From IMG/VR virus record IMGVR_UViG_3300026484_000110: a stretch of 64,000 nucleotides of DNA. The stretch is one strand, 5' to 3'. The notes beneath the pieces were generated by a model. That model did no database searches. It had not been told where the DNA came from and saw only the letters and a program-made list of their open reading frames with translations. The stretch is from a virus. This document shows, in pieces, positions 43,901-52,710 of this stretch (within the stretch, counting starts at the first letter, position 1; each line of letters starts with the position of its first letter). The position numbers and the translations under genes are program-made.

Positions 43901-44585
43901 GTAAGGGATGAAGATATGGTCCGGGTACAATGTACTCGTTCGACGGTTAATGTTGGCTGTCCTAGAGTAGGAATACTCTAGTCAAAAACCCTCCTAATTG
44001 CGGAGACATCCTAAAGCTAACGAGTACTAACTTATCTGGGAAACTAGATAAGGGCATGGAGAGGCGAGTGCTCCATGGTATAGTAAAAAGCTCGTTAGTA
44101 TGGGACAATCCGCAGCGAAGCACCTACGTCCTATTGGATATGGTGTGTGTTCAACGACTGTCGAAAGGATAGCTATTCTGGAAACGGAATAGTGAAAACC
44201 GAGTAGAGTAGGACTCAAGTGAGTTCGAAACGGAGGGCACCCGACTGCCTAAGGGATAAAATATCCTATGGTAAAGGGTGATGGTGTAGTCTGGTCTCTA
44301 GTGAAAGCTAGAGCTGCGGGTAATGCCGCGGGACAGGAGTAACGACCCTGTCTGAACATCACGGACGAGATGAATGCCACAATATTGCTAGACAATGAAA
44401 TGGTGAGACTAGCAGATACATTTAGTCCTGAGTTCAATATTGTGGATTTAGATTATTTTAAGGTAAATAAAAATCTATATCTACCATCTAGTATTATTGC
44501 TACGTTATCTAATTATTTACATAATGAAGATAACAATAAGGTAGATAAAGATCCAGTATTTGAAAAATTGGTATCTACGGGTTAA
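40936..44585 (+). CDS. Non-virion RNA polymerase beta' N-terminal subunit (phiKZ gp55-like), spliced from 40936-42150, 43939-43947 and 44364-44585, 481 aa
   Basis: Zinc motif CECG...CPKC, KKGMVRKHIYGSR and FNRNPSL. The splice product reads APNGD-FDG-DEMN, reconstituting the catalytic motif. Confidence 0.9.
42191..42223 (+). promoter_or_regulatory. Hairpin sequestering the HNH ribosome-binding site
   Basis: ACTCCTT(42192-98) is complementary to AAGGAGT(42216-22); ATG at 42228. Confidence 0.7.
42228..43526 (+). CDS. Intron-encoded HNH homing endonuclease with NUMOD1/IENR1-like repeats
   Basis: VHRLMAYAW...VDHKNNDKKDNRLENIHW (I-HmuI-type). C-terminal repeats PVKVKNLVTGEVKEFNGI and PVLVEFKDGTKKEFNGIREAARHL. 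Confidence 0.92.
   Translation: MKTKIKKQFIKYPEIHKYPKGLEWLKDAIKYVPAKIRQGNGPYEIVRIPMFDAPVVFCSIKTRKEYAVVPIAPRYVVDKVGNVYDLLTKTKLKTHGHNSEYEYVVITTQTHPQYRTTVHRLMAYAWLPNNDFVTDYIVDHKNNDKKDNRLENIHWTTMEQNSANVHSRTNLKLGMYVLTNVLDKKIWFCDNLNRVSEILGLSKSTISEKKTPSWFNKTSNSETEPDELYYLTDDNSYRQYLMDPSLIDLPWGVIVKNKETGELEFYNNKTKLWRKLTGEKGYLYKDSDLLDVLKDHEKYELFKLHKKQSKEPVKVKNLVTGEVKEFNGIKPAKKLLKISTTKLAEFLNDDKCYNINGWVLWKNGKWCMDDLINYSRNTPVLVEFKDGTKKEFNGIREAARHLNVNQKTIINFMKGKNAPIIDSLGIKRIVKV
43939..43947 (+). CDS. 9-nt micro-exon encoding F-D-G of the RNAP catalytic motif
   Basis: TTCGACGGT lies between the terminal G of intron 1 and the P1 of intron 2; it is the only in-frame source of FDG. Confidence 0.88.
43948..44363 (+). 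mobile_element. Group I intron (416 nt, no endonuclease ORF)
   Basis: P1: GACGGU pairs with GCUGUC. P3 CCCTCC/GGAGGG; P AATTGCGGAGAC; Q AATCCGCAGCGAAG; R TTCAACGACTG; S GGTGTAGTCT; terminal G at 44363, followed by GAC GAG ATG. Confidence 0.9.
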
Positions 44586-44627
44586 ATCTCGTAGATACTA
44601 TGTCTAACTTTGACTTAAGGAGGGAAT

Positions 44628-44771
44628 ATGGTAAAATTAGAAGATTTTTTAAAAAGACTGAAAAAACGAAGAATAAAGAATAGAAAAATAAAAGAATGGT
44701 TAGTTAGGACAAAATGTCCAAAAGACGAAGATTATTTTACAAAAGGTGAATTTAAAAATATTACTAAGTAA
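44628..44771 (+). CDS. 47-aa basic hypothetical protein
   Basis: Hand translation beginning MVKLEDFLKRLKKRRIKN; AAGGAGG SD. Confidence 0.55.
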   Translation: MVKLEDFLKRLKKRRIKNRKIKEWLVRTKCPKDEDYFTKGEFKNITK

Positions 44772-44792
44772 GAATATTCCAAGGAGTCTAAG

Positions 44793-45839
44793 ATGAAATG
44801 TAAAATTGATTTTAATGTCCAACCAATATTTGATACTGAAGAACTAGCTAAGGTCTATTACGAAACAGATGTATTAGCTAAAGGCAATTTTACTATAATA
44901 CCTGATTTAGGTAAATTAATTGTCTTAAAGAACGAATGGAATACCGGGGATACATTTGATTTATTCAAGTATCCCTGTATATTTAAAGATGAAAATGGTA
45001 ATTGTTTAATAGGTAAATATAAGCCTCAATTCTGTAAAAGTGTAGAAAACAGATTAGAGAATAACATGGACGTTAAAGATACAATAATTGAGGAACTAAA
45101 CGATATAGATAAAAATATACCATTGATTACAAATCTAAAGAATAGCAAGCACTTAAGAATCATAAAACCATTTACAAAACATGACCTCAAGGATTTGAAA
45201 TGGAATAGCGTAATCTATTATCTGGTATATTGTTTCCAAAGAGTGAATATTGGAAAACTGGATATAGGATTAAAAACAGATTATGAATATGTATTAGTAT
45301 TTATAAAAGAAAAAAATAAAAAACGTGTAACTGCTATTAGGTTGTTAAATGTAGATTGCGAAAATGAGTTTTTAAAACCTTATATAAAAATATATAACAA
45401 ATTGAATAAGTACAGTGTATTAAAAGACTATGACTATATCCAGTTAATAATGAACAGATTAAACAGATTATTAAACGGTATCTCGTTTACAGAAATACCG
45501 GAAGAGATATTAAAGAAATCACCTATAGAAAAGGAAAAGAGAGACGAACTAATAAAATTTGTTTATTGGTTAGTCTTGATACAAAAAATGATAACAGAAT
45601 TTAAAATACCATTCATCAGTAGGTATTTAAGAGAGATAGAAAATGATAGTAAAATGCTATTATTTTTAGCCATATATTACTTATATGAAGCCTTGACTGA
45701 TGAGAAATTAGAACTAAAATCTAAAGAAGAAATTACTATAAATGACTTAATACCAAAAAATAAATACGTAGAAGAGGTATTAAGTATTATAGATAAAATA
45801 GCTAGTAGTACGTTAAAGGCATTTATTATGCAGAAATAA
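44793..45839 (+). CDS. Hypothetical protein with a partial YkgJ-like Cys motif
   Basis: PCIFKDENGNCLIGKYKPQFC resembles the C-terminal Cys cluster of CxxCxxCC proteins; the N-terminal Cys cluster is not evident. Confidence 0.5.
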   Translation: MKCKIDFNVQPIFDTEELAKVYYETDVLAKGNFTIIPDLGKLIVLKNEWNTGDTFDLFKYPCIFKDENGNCLIGKYKPQFCKSVENRLENNMDVKDTIIEELNDIDKNIPLITNLKNSKHLRIIKPFTKHDLKDLKWNSVIYYLVYCFQRVNIGKLDIGLKTDYEYVLVFIKEKNKKRVTAIRLLNVDCENEFLKPYIKIYNKLNKYSVLKDYDYIQLIMNRLNRLLNGISFTEIPEEILKKSPIEKEKRDELIKFVYWLVLIQKMITEFKIPFISRYLREIENDSKMLLFLAIYYLYEALTDEKLELKSKEEITINDLIPKNKYVEEVLSIIDKIASSTLKAFIMQK

Positions 45840-45849
45840 GGAGTCCAAA

Positions 45850-46461
45850 ATGGCTGTAATTTTAACCGGGGATATTGACCCTAATATAGTAGCAGATCTA
45901 GCTATATCTGCAGCACAACCACCTGATGTGCTAAATTATTTTAGACACAATTATGAACAGTTTACACAAATGGCTAGTAATTTATCCAGTAGTTTTAGAC
46001 AAAGGGTAGATCAAATTGTAAATTATTTCAATAACAACAGCATAATACAAAAGGCAAAAGAAATTATTGCTAGAAGTACTAATACTGTGTTTAACGATAG
46101 AGTCTATAGTGTAACTTGGGATACGATACATGATGCGGGTTATTTAATGCGAGAGTATATTCTAGCAGAGCCAACTATGTTTAACATGTATATGAATAAT
46201 AGATTGGATGGTTGGATGGATGAAGTATTTGTTCCGGAACAAACTACTGATCCAAAATGGAGAGATGATTATCTATTTGCAATTGATGGAATAATGAGAT
46301 TCGAAAATGAGGATGCAATAATTACACAATGTAGTCTAGAAGTGGATAATCCATTTAATATTACTGAAAGACTAATTATCCAAGATGCTTGGGAAGTAGG
46401 ATTAACTAAAATAGCAGCAGGAATAGATCCTACTAATCCAGATAAAGATAATAAGATATAG
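45850..46461 (+). CDS. Conserved jumbo-phage hypothetical protein
   Basis: LMREYILAEP...RLDGW pattern recalled from phiKZ-like phages; unverified. Confidence 0.55.
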   Translation: MAVILTGDIDPNIVADLAISAAQPPDVLNYFRHNYEQFTQMASNLSSSFRQRVDQIVNYFNNNSIIQKAKEIIARSTNTVFNDRVYSVTWDTIHDAGYLMREYILAEPTMFNMYMNNRLDGWMDEVFVPEQTTDPKWRDDYLFAIDGIMRFENEDAIITQCSLEVDNPFNITERLIIQDAWEVGLTKIAAGIDPTNPDKDNKI

Positions 46462-46536
46462 ACGGGTTAATATCCTGTCTATATTTCTTTTTTATTATAG
46501 AATACTACTATGAAAAATTACATATAAGGAGAAATA

Positions 46537-46908
46537 ATGGAGAATATTTTAGACTTAGGTTATTCAATTATTAGAAATAAAAAAGTACCCGATTTTAAAA
46601 ACAGAGCTGATAAGTTTAAAAAAGGTTTAGCAATAACTATAGCGACATTCGACACATTGCATATAGTTGAAAAACCAAATGAGAATGATAAAGCTGAATA
46701 TGAAGATTGTAGAAAAGATGCAATCATAGGTTTGCGTATATTACAAGATATGTTTCCTATGTTAGAATATTTTAATACAATCTATACAGAAAAAATTAAA
46801 TTAGATAAAATGTCTGAAAATGATTTTAAAATCCTATATGATACTCTAGTAAGCTTAGAAACATTATTAAGAAATCTATACAATACTGAAATAAAAAAGG
46901 AGAAATAG
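46537..46908 (+). CDS. Hypothetical protein
   Basis: ORF track; SD present. Confidence 0.7.
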   Translation: MENILDLGYSIIRNKKVPDFKNRADKFKKGLAITIATFDTLHIVEKPNENDKAEYEDCRKDAIIGLRILQDMFPMLEYFNTIYTEKIKLDKMSENDFKILYDTLVSLETLLRNLYNTEIKKEK

Positions 46909-47498
46909 TGAAATTAGATAAAAACACTCTCGATATTTTGTTAGATGATTTAGGTTTAGATAAACTAACAGTATTATTAAAAAACATAGATAAAGGACTA
47001 GAGGTCAGAAGTATTACACTTTATGAAGATTCAACAATACAAGTTAGAATTTATAGAACAGTAAAAAGAATAGAAAATGAATATTTAAGATTACAATTTG
47101 ATTTATTGGGTAAAAATAAAACAAAAATCAGAACAAGCGATATGGAGTATTTTGATTACGTGGAACTAGATGAATTAAACAAAATTATAGACTGCATTTA
47201 TGGGTTTTTAGATAAAGAATTAAATAGAGATACATTAAGTACAATAATAAACTTTATGAAAGAATTAAACTCGCATAACAAATTAGAGACTCTAGGTGAA
47301 AAATTTAAAATACAAAATGAAAAATTCTTTAAAAAAGGTAAAAACACATCAGTAATTAAATTATGGAAAAAAGATAGACCATATGTCAGCGAATTTAAAC
47401 ACCTATTAAAAGGATGGTTAAGCGGTACAGTAAAACTAACAGATAAAAAGAAAGAAGAAAAAGTACAAGTAATAATTAAAGAAGAGGGAGAGGAATAA
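46908..47498 (+). CDS. Hypothetical protein
   Basis: ORF track; GTG start overlapping the upstream stop. Confidence 0.7.
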   Translation: MKLDKNTLDILLDDLGLDKLTVLLKNIDKGLEVRSITLYEDSTIQVRIYRTVKRIENEYLRLQFDLLGKNKTKIRTSDMEYFDYVELDELNKIIDCIYGFLDKELNRDTLSTIINFMKELNSHNKLETLGEKFKIQNEKFFKKGKNTSVIKLWKKDRPYVSEFKHLLKGWLSGTVKLTDKKKEEKVQVIIKEEGEE

Positions 47499-47592
47499 TC
47501 CTCTAGCCTCTATTTGTTTTTATTTATATATTACTAATAAGAAGAGCCCTTAGAGGGCATAGTAAACAAAAAATCTAATTAAAGGAGAAAAG

Positions 47593-48201
47593 ATGGAAAT
47601 AAAAAGTATTAAAGAAATTTATGAAAAATCAGGACTTACTTATAATCCTGACAAACTTACAAATTGGATAGACGAGATCAAAAGAGGACTAGAGAATGAA
47701 GATGATTTTTTTATGGAAAAACCGGATGTATGGAAAAAAGAATTAGAAGATATGGAAAAAAGATTAGAAATGATTAAAAAACATAAATACTATACTCCAT
47801 ATTATATAACCTATTTTCATAGAGCGCGATTAGTAGATCACGCTCCTGACTATATCAAAAAAGACGCTGTTATTCATCCAACTAGGAGATGGGGTGTTTT
47901 AGCAAAAAATACCCCATTTCATTATTCTGATGGAGTATATAGTAGAGCTGGGAAAACATTTCCGTATATCCGTAATTCAGAATATACAGAACTATTTAAT
48001 AACAGAAAAGAACAGATAGTTGGTCTCTATAAATTTCTATTGGAAAAAACCATCATCGAGCCAAAAGACTTTGAAATAGAAGAAAACGATAATGTAATTT
48101 TAATTTATCCAAAAGATAAAAAAGGATTGTTCATTGGTAAAAAAGGAATAAATGTGAAATTTGTTGGAGAAGCCATAGGGAAAAAAGTAATTATAAAATA
48201 A
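47593..48201 (+). CDS. Hypothetical protein with C-terminal KH-like domain
   Basis: KGLFIGKKGINVK matches the KH GxxG loop. Confidence 0.55.
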   Translation: MEIKSIKEIYEKSGLTYNPDKLTNWIDEIKRGLENEDDFFMEKPDVWKKELEDMEKRLEMIKKHKYYTPYYITYFHRARLVDHAPDYIKKDAVIHPTRRWGVLAKNTPFHYSDGVYSRAGKTFPYIRNSEYTELFNNRKEQIVGLYKFLLEKTIIEPKDFEIEENDNVILIYPKDKKGLFIGKKGINVKFVGEAIGKKVIIK

Positions 48202-48213
48202 AGGAGAAAAAGA

Positions 48214-48672
48214 ATGGAGCAAGCAAAACAAAGAATAGCTTGGTTGGAATACCTAGTTAATCTAGGAAACCAAGCTATAAATAAAGCAAGAATGAAGATT
48301 GATAATTTAATAAAAGAAAAAGAGAATCTTTTACAACAATGGGAAAAAACTATGAAAGAACTTAAACATTGGAAAGAACAAGCAAGTATTTATCTTAAAA
48401 AATATCAAGATGAAAAACTAAGAAACATTGCCCTGGAAAGAGAGAACAAAGCTTTAAAAGCTCTACTAACTGAACTAAAAGTGGAGCTAGATAAAAAACC
48501 ACTTGTTAAAGAAAAAATAATAGAGGTCGAAAAACCGATTATAAAAGAAATCATTCGTGAGGTCGGGGTAGAAAAAGAAAATGTTTTAAACAATACAGTT
48601 GAAACATCTTTCGATATAAAATTAAAAGATGTTAGAGATTGTTTAAAACAAAAATTTGAAAAGTATGCATAA
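48214..48672 (+). CDS. Coiled-coil hypothetical protein
   Basis: Heptad-rich sequence. Confidence 0.7.
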   Translation: MEQAKQRIAWLEYLVNLGNQAINKARMKIDNLIKEKENLLQQWEKTMKELKHWKEQASIYLKKYQDEKLRNIALERENKALKALLTELKVELDKKPLVKEKIIEVEKPIIKEIIREVGVEKENVLNNTVETSFDIKLKDVRDCLKQKFEKYA

Positions 48673-48682
48673 AGGAGAATAA

Positions 48683-49234
48683 ATGAATAAAATAATAATT
48701 ACCTTTTTTCTTGGTTTTTCTTTTTTATTAAGTTTTAATCATGGTAGTAGAAAAAATATAAAACATGATACTAAATTAATCCAAGAATACAAATATGAAC
48801 TAACTCGTTTAAGCCCGTTACAACAATACTGGATGAATTTACTATATACTAGATGTAGTAAGTACGGTCTGAGTTATACGTGCGTGGCAATAGCTTGGGA
48901 AGAAACCAAGTTTAATAAATGGGCATTTAATCCACTAACAAAGGATTATGGTCTTATGGGTATAAATTTATATTGGTATATGCTAGATAACAATTTACCA
49001 TGGAAGAATAGATATAAACGCATTGAAGCCGCCACCAGATTGATTAAAGATGATGAATATAATATTCAATACGCCATATCTAAACTATTGAAACTAAAAC
49101 AAGAAGAAAACGGTGATTGGATCAGAATATGGGGTAGATATAACGGTGGTAGTAAACCAAATTACCATTATGCCAATCATATTTTAAATAGAATAATAGC
49201 TTTTAAGCAATGGAAAAAATCTATACATAGATAG
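48683..49234 (+). CDS. Secreted SLT-like transglycosylase
   Basis: Signal peptide; AIAWEET (catalytic Glu), DYGLMGIN, YNIQYAI and RYNGG. Confidence 0.75.
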   Translation: MNKIIITFFLGFSFLLSFNHGSRKNIKHDTKLIQEYKYELTRLSPLQQYWMNLLYTRCSKYGLSYTCVAIAWEETKFNKWAFNPLTKDYGLMGINLYWYMLDNNLPWKNRYKRIEAATRLIKDDEYNIQYAISKLLKLKQEENGDWIRIWGRYNGGSKPNYHYANHILNRIIAFKQWKKSIHR

Positions 49235-49248
49235 ACCGTGTGGTCTAT

Positions 49249-49731
49249 CTATTTCTTTTTATTTTCATCTATTAAATACTGAATATATGTAACTAAAATT
49301 CCTAAATTAAGAAATGAGTCTTTTTTAGACTTAACGCGTAAAACATCCAACATCGGACTAACTATAATATCAAACTCATCTTCAAAAATATTAGACAATT
49401 TTACTATTTTTCTAAGTATTTTATCAGGATTTTTAAGAAGTTCATTATTTAGATTATTAAAAGAAATACCATTAAACACCTCGTAACACTTGCGTCGACG
49501 ATTGGCTTCTTCTATTTCTTTAACAAAATTAAGTAATAACTTAAATTTCTTTATATCTTTTTTATCGCATAACAAAAAACAATTTTGCCCTATCATAGAT
49601 AGTTTTTTAAACATCTTTTTTAGTAACTTAAAATATCTTTTTTCTACATCTATGAAGTCTTCTGTTATTATTTTTAATTTATTACTACAGTTTTTCACCT
49701 TGCATACATAGATACGTACAATATCACACAT
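49249..49731 (-). CDS. Hypothetical protein
   Basis: ORF track; AAGGAG SD. Confidence 0.65.
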   Translation of the reverse strand: MCDIVRIYVCKVKNCSNKLKIITEDFIDVEKRYFKLLKKMFKKLSMIGQNCFLLCDKKDIKKFKLLLNFVKEIEEANRRRKCYEVFNGISFNNLNNELLKNPDKILRKIVKLSNIFEDEFDIIVSPMLDVLRVKSKKDSFLNLGILVTYIQYLIDENKKK

Positions 49732-49749
49732 GTTGACTCCTTTAATAAT

Positions 49750-51882
49750 TTAAGCTGCTCTGGTATATTTTTCTAACCTTTTCATTATTTTTAAATCTTT
49801 CAACATACTATCTAAGTTAAAATTCTTTACTATTCTAGTATCAATATCTTTTTCTAACAATTTAATTTTATTTATTATTCTAAGAGCTACTAATTCATTA
49901 TTTTCTTTTTTAAGTAAATCAAATAGTGCTGTTATCTTACGTTTTAATAATTCCTGTTTTCTAATATACTCTTTAGTTAAACCTGTTTTATTTATTAATT
50001 CAACGTCAGCTACATTCCTTAATACTCTATCTACATCTATACCGTACAAGTGTTTATTATTAGCATTAGTTAAAAACCAATATCCTAATAACCACGACAT
50101 TACCATATCGTCTTTTCCTGATTTAGTATGGTCTATTCTACCATTTCTAACTGTTAGAGATAATATTTGTTCTATAAGGATACTATCTCTTACCTTGTCA
50201 CCAGTATATTTAGCAGATGATTTAAAAATATTACCATATAATAAAGACCTACTAGTTTTACCAGCACCAGATGTAGCAAAACCAAAATACTTTTTCAATT
50301 CTGCAATTGTTTCCATGCTAGGTGATCTTTTACTTAATAGGTCTTTATATTTATCTTTATACTTATTAATATCATCATAGACCCAATTAAATATTTTTCT
50401 AAATGGATTAATATTTTTACTATGCATAATCCTTAGAATGTAATCTAACATAGCGATAGCAGATGATCTTCTCTCAGGTATAAATACCATGTTATCATAT
50501 TTTTCTAATAACGAAACAATAAAATCTGAAAATGTAATTAAATTAGTTTCGTTATATGTACCAGCAGCTACCACTTCGCCGGTGCTGGCTAATCTGATTA
50601 CTAATGCTATATCGTCATTACCTACTGCATCTGACGTATCTAAAGATAATATTAAAGAATCACTATGTAAAATTTCGCCTAGTCTTTGTTCAGTAACATA
50701 CCATCTAATAATATAACCATATTCAGTAATTTCTATCCTAGGATTTTTAATTTCGCTATTTTTAATAATCTCTAATAATTCTTTGTCTAATGGATGTTGT
50801 GTATTACCTGCTATCCATTTATTTAAATAATCACATTCTGCATCTTCACCATCTGCTAGCGCTGCCGCCATTCTTTCTTTCAACCATTCGTCCGTAAAAC
50901 CTAATTGTCTATGATTAAATTCTAATAAAATTAATTTCTGAGGACCTCTACAATTTTTATTTACTACTTCTTTTAATTCTTTTTGATCTTTTAAATCATA
51001 GAGTTCTTCTGTCCAACGCATTGCTGCTTTATAAACTTCATATGCAAATTTACCTTCCTTGGTATTTAATTTACCAGCAGTAGTAGTAAATATAGTACCA
51101 TAAGGTGCTCCTGCTCTTTCTGCAGCTTCTCTAGCTGCTGTAGTAGCCGCTAGTAATACCGGTAAAGTAATTTCTATATTAGGAATATATGCAAACTCAT
51201 CTATTTGCACAATTGGAGTGGTCATACCTCTACCTACGTTATCTGCTGCTTTAGGATCGTTTCTACCTACGTATAAATCTAAAATATTATTAAACAACTT
51301 AACAGTAATTCTCTCACTGTTTTTAATATCCTTTTTCGTCATAAACCGTACATATTCAGGTAGCACATTAATTATTTCTCTAATAGTCAATGATGTCTTA
51401 GCTCTGAGTTTATCATCTTTTGTTAAAACAGAAAGACTAGTATTTTGAGTACCTAAATCTAGTGCCCACGCTAATAATTCTCCAATAGATAAAGATTTAC
51501 CCGTCTGTCTAGGCTGTATGAGATAAGTCGTAATATGATTAAAAAATAGCCAAAATACCGCTATATTTGCCCTATTAGCCCTAAACGGCACATGGTCATT
51601 ACCGGCTACGGCTGGTACTCTAGCTACTTCTCTAATGTAATACCAAAAATTTATCTTACATTCTTCAGCTATCATTTGTTTAGTCTCTAAATCCAAATTG
51701 GGATCATGCGGATCTACATTTCTTAATAATGGATTATGTAAAGCTAACATAAATGCATGATTTTTAATTCCCATATATTTTAACAATCTAGCTAATCTTA
51801 AAAAACTCTCATTTCTAGTTTCCAAATGCACGATAGCGTTCGGGTATTTTTTCCAATCTTCATAAAACAATATCATCTTCAC
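49750..51882 (-). CDS. terL: Terminase large subunit (phiKZ gp25-like)
   Basis: Walker A PRQTGKS, Walker B VQIDEFAY, FTTTAG coupling motif, nuclease LDTSDAVGND and KDDMVMSW. Confidence 0.9.
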   Translation of the reverse strand: MKMILFYEDWKKYPNAIVHLETRNESFLRLARLLKYMGIKNHAFMLALHNPLLRNVDPHDPNLDLETKQMIAEECKINFWYYIREVARVPAVAGNDHVPFRANRANIAVFWLFFNHITTYLIQPRQTGKSLSIGELLAWALDLGTQNTSLSVLTKDDKLRAKTSLTIREIINVLPEYVRFMTKKDIKNSERITVKLFNNILDLYVGRNDPKAADNVGRGMTTPIVQIDEFAYIPNIEITLPVLLAATTAAREAAERAGAPYGTIFTTTAGKLNTKEGKFAYEVYKAAMRWTEELYDLKDQKELKEVVNKNCRGPQKLILLEFNHRQLGFTDEWLKERMAAALADGEDAECDYLNKWIAGNTQHPLDKELLEIIKNSEIKNPRIEITEYGYIIRWYVTEQRLGEILHSDSLILSLDTSDAVGNDDIALVIRLASTGEVVAAGTYNETNLITFSDFIVSLLEKYDNMVFIPERRSSAIAMLDYILRIMHSKNINPFRKIFNWVYDDINKYKDKYKDLLSKRSPSMETIAELKKYFGFATSGAGKTSRSLLYGNIFKSSAKYTGDKVRDSILIEQILSLTVRNGRIDHTKSGKDDMVMSWLLGYWFLTNANNKHLYGIDVDRVLRNVADVELINKTGLTKEYIRKQELLKRKITALFDLLKKENNELVALRIINKIKLLEKDIDTRIVKNFNLDSMLKDLKIMKRLEKYTRAA

Positions 51883-52050
51883 CCTTTAAACAATATATTT
51901 CATGGAATGCGAGAAAAATAGAAAACACACTAGACAGGAACTTCCTGTCTAGATAACAAAAAATGTTCCTACAAATTATTGCTCGTGCGGAGGCCGTCAA
52001 TGTCTCAAAAAAAAAATAAATAAACCTATCCTCTAAAAAAGGAGTCCAAA

Positions 52051-52194
52051 ATGAATGTAAATTACTTCAAATCACGGGTGCTAAATCTTAACGTATATAA
52101 CACCCGTGTGGTGAAATTTGCAAACTTGATTTCATTAATTCTCAAAGGAGGTTATGTCCAAAAATTACTTAGCAATTCAAACCAAGGAGTCTAA
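52051..52194 (+). CDS. 47-aa micro-ORF
   Basis: AAGGAGTCCAAAATG start; begins MNVNYFKSRVLNLNVYNTRVVKFANLISLILKGG. Confidence 0.45.
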   Translation: MNVNYFKSRVLNLNVYNTRVVKFANLISLILKGGYVQKLLSNSNQGV

Positions 52195-52195
52195 A

Positions 52196-52306
52196 ATGCC
52201 CATCCAATTTCTCGCTGGCCAGCTAAATCTTTTTCAATCCCCAAACCCTGCAAGCTCTCAATGCGGCTACGTTGAATCTTTGTTCCCAGAATGCGTGCGT
52301 TGTTAA
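52196..52306 (+). CDS. 36-aa micro-ORF with a clamp-binding-like QLNLF motif
   Basis: AAGGAGTCTAAAATG start identical to those at 16677, 31466 and 63820; MPIQFLAGQLNLFQSPNPASSQCGYVESLFPECVRC. A second in-frame SD plus ATG lies at 52154. Confidence 0.5.
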   Translation: MPIQFLAGQLNLFQSPNPASSQCGYVESLFPECVRC

Positions 52307-52710
52307 ACCCGACTACTTTGCGCTCTCTCCGAAACCATTTCTGGTTTCAAACTAATAGTCCCAAAAAAAGTTTAACAGATCGTAATTCATTCATCGTGAT
52401 CTACTAGCTGTGGTTTTTTGGTTCTTGCTTTCGATCTTTTTACGATCTGTCATAGTAATGTCATCGAAAAAAAGTTTGTGAAAAACTACAAATGTCAACC
52501 ACATGACAATCCAAACTCTTTTCTCAAAATTTCAAATTTCGAAATTTTGAAAAAAAAAACTGAACACCAAATTTTAGTTGCAAAAGAAAGAAAAGAAAAA
52601 AAGAACCAAAAAAAGAAAAGAAAGAAAAACTACAAGGTATATATATATAGCTAAAGCTATATATAATATTATCTACAAGGTGAGACAATATATACTCAAA
52701 TCTATACTTC

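Larger units (their letters stand above)
42151..43938 (+). mobile_element. Group I intron (1788 nt) with an HNH ORF inserted in the P1 loop
   Basis: Exon GGUGAU pairs with IGS GUCACC (43536-41). P10 GUCGAG (43530-35) pairs with UUCGAC. P3 CTCCCC/GGGGAG; P AACTGCGGGAAC; Q GACGCAGCGAAG; R TTCAGAGGCCA; S AAGATATGGTCC; terminal G at 43938. Confidence 0.9.

Noticed and set aside
43736-44437. Three short minus-strand ORFs (43736, 44027, 44249)
   Set aside because: Antisense to GC-rich intron cores; no SD or recognisable product.
44370-44585. Stand-alone 71-aa gene
   Set aside because: It is exon 3 of the RNAP beta' gene (DEMN...), with no SD of its own.
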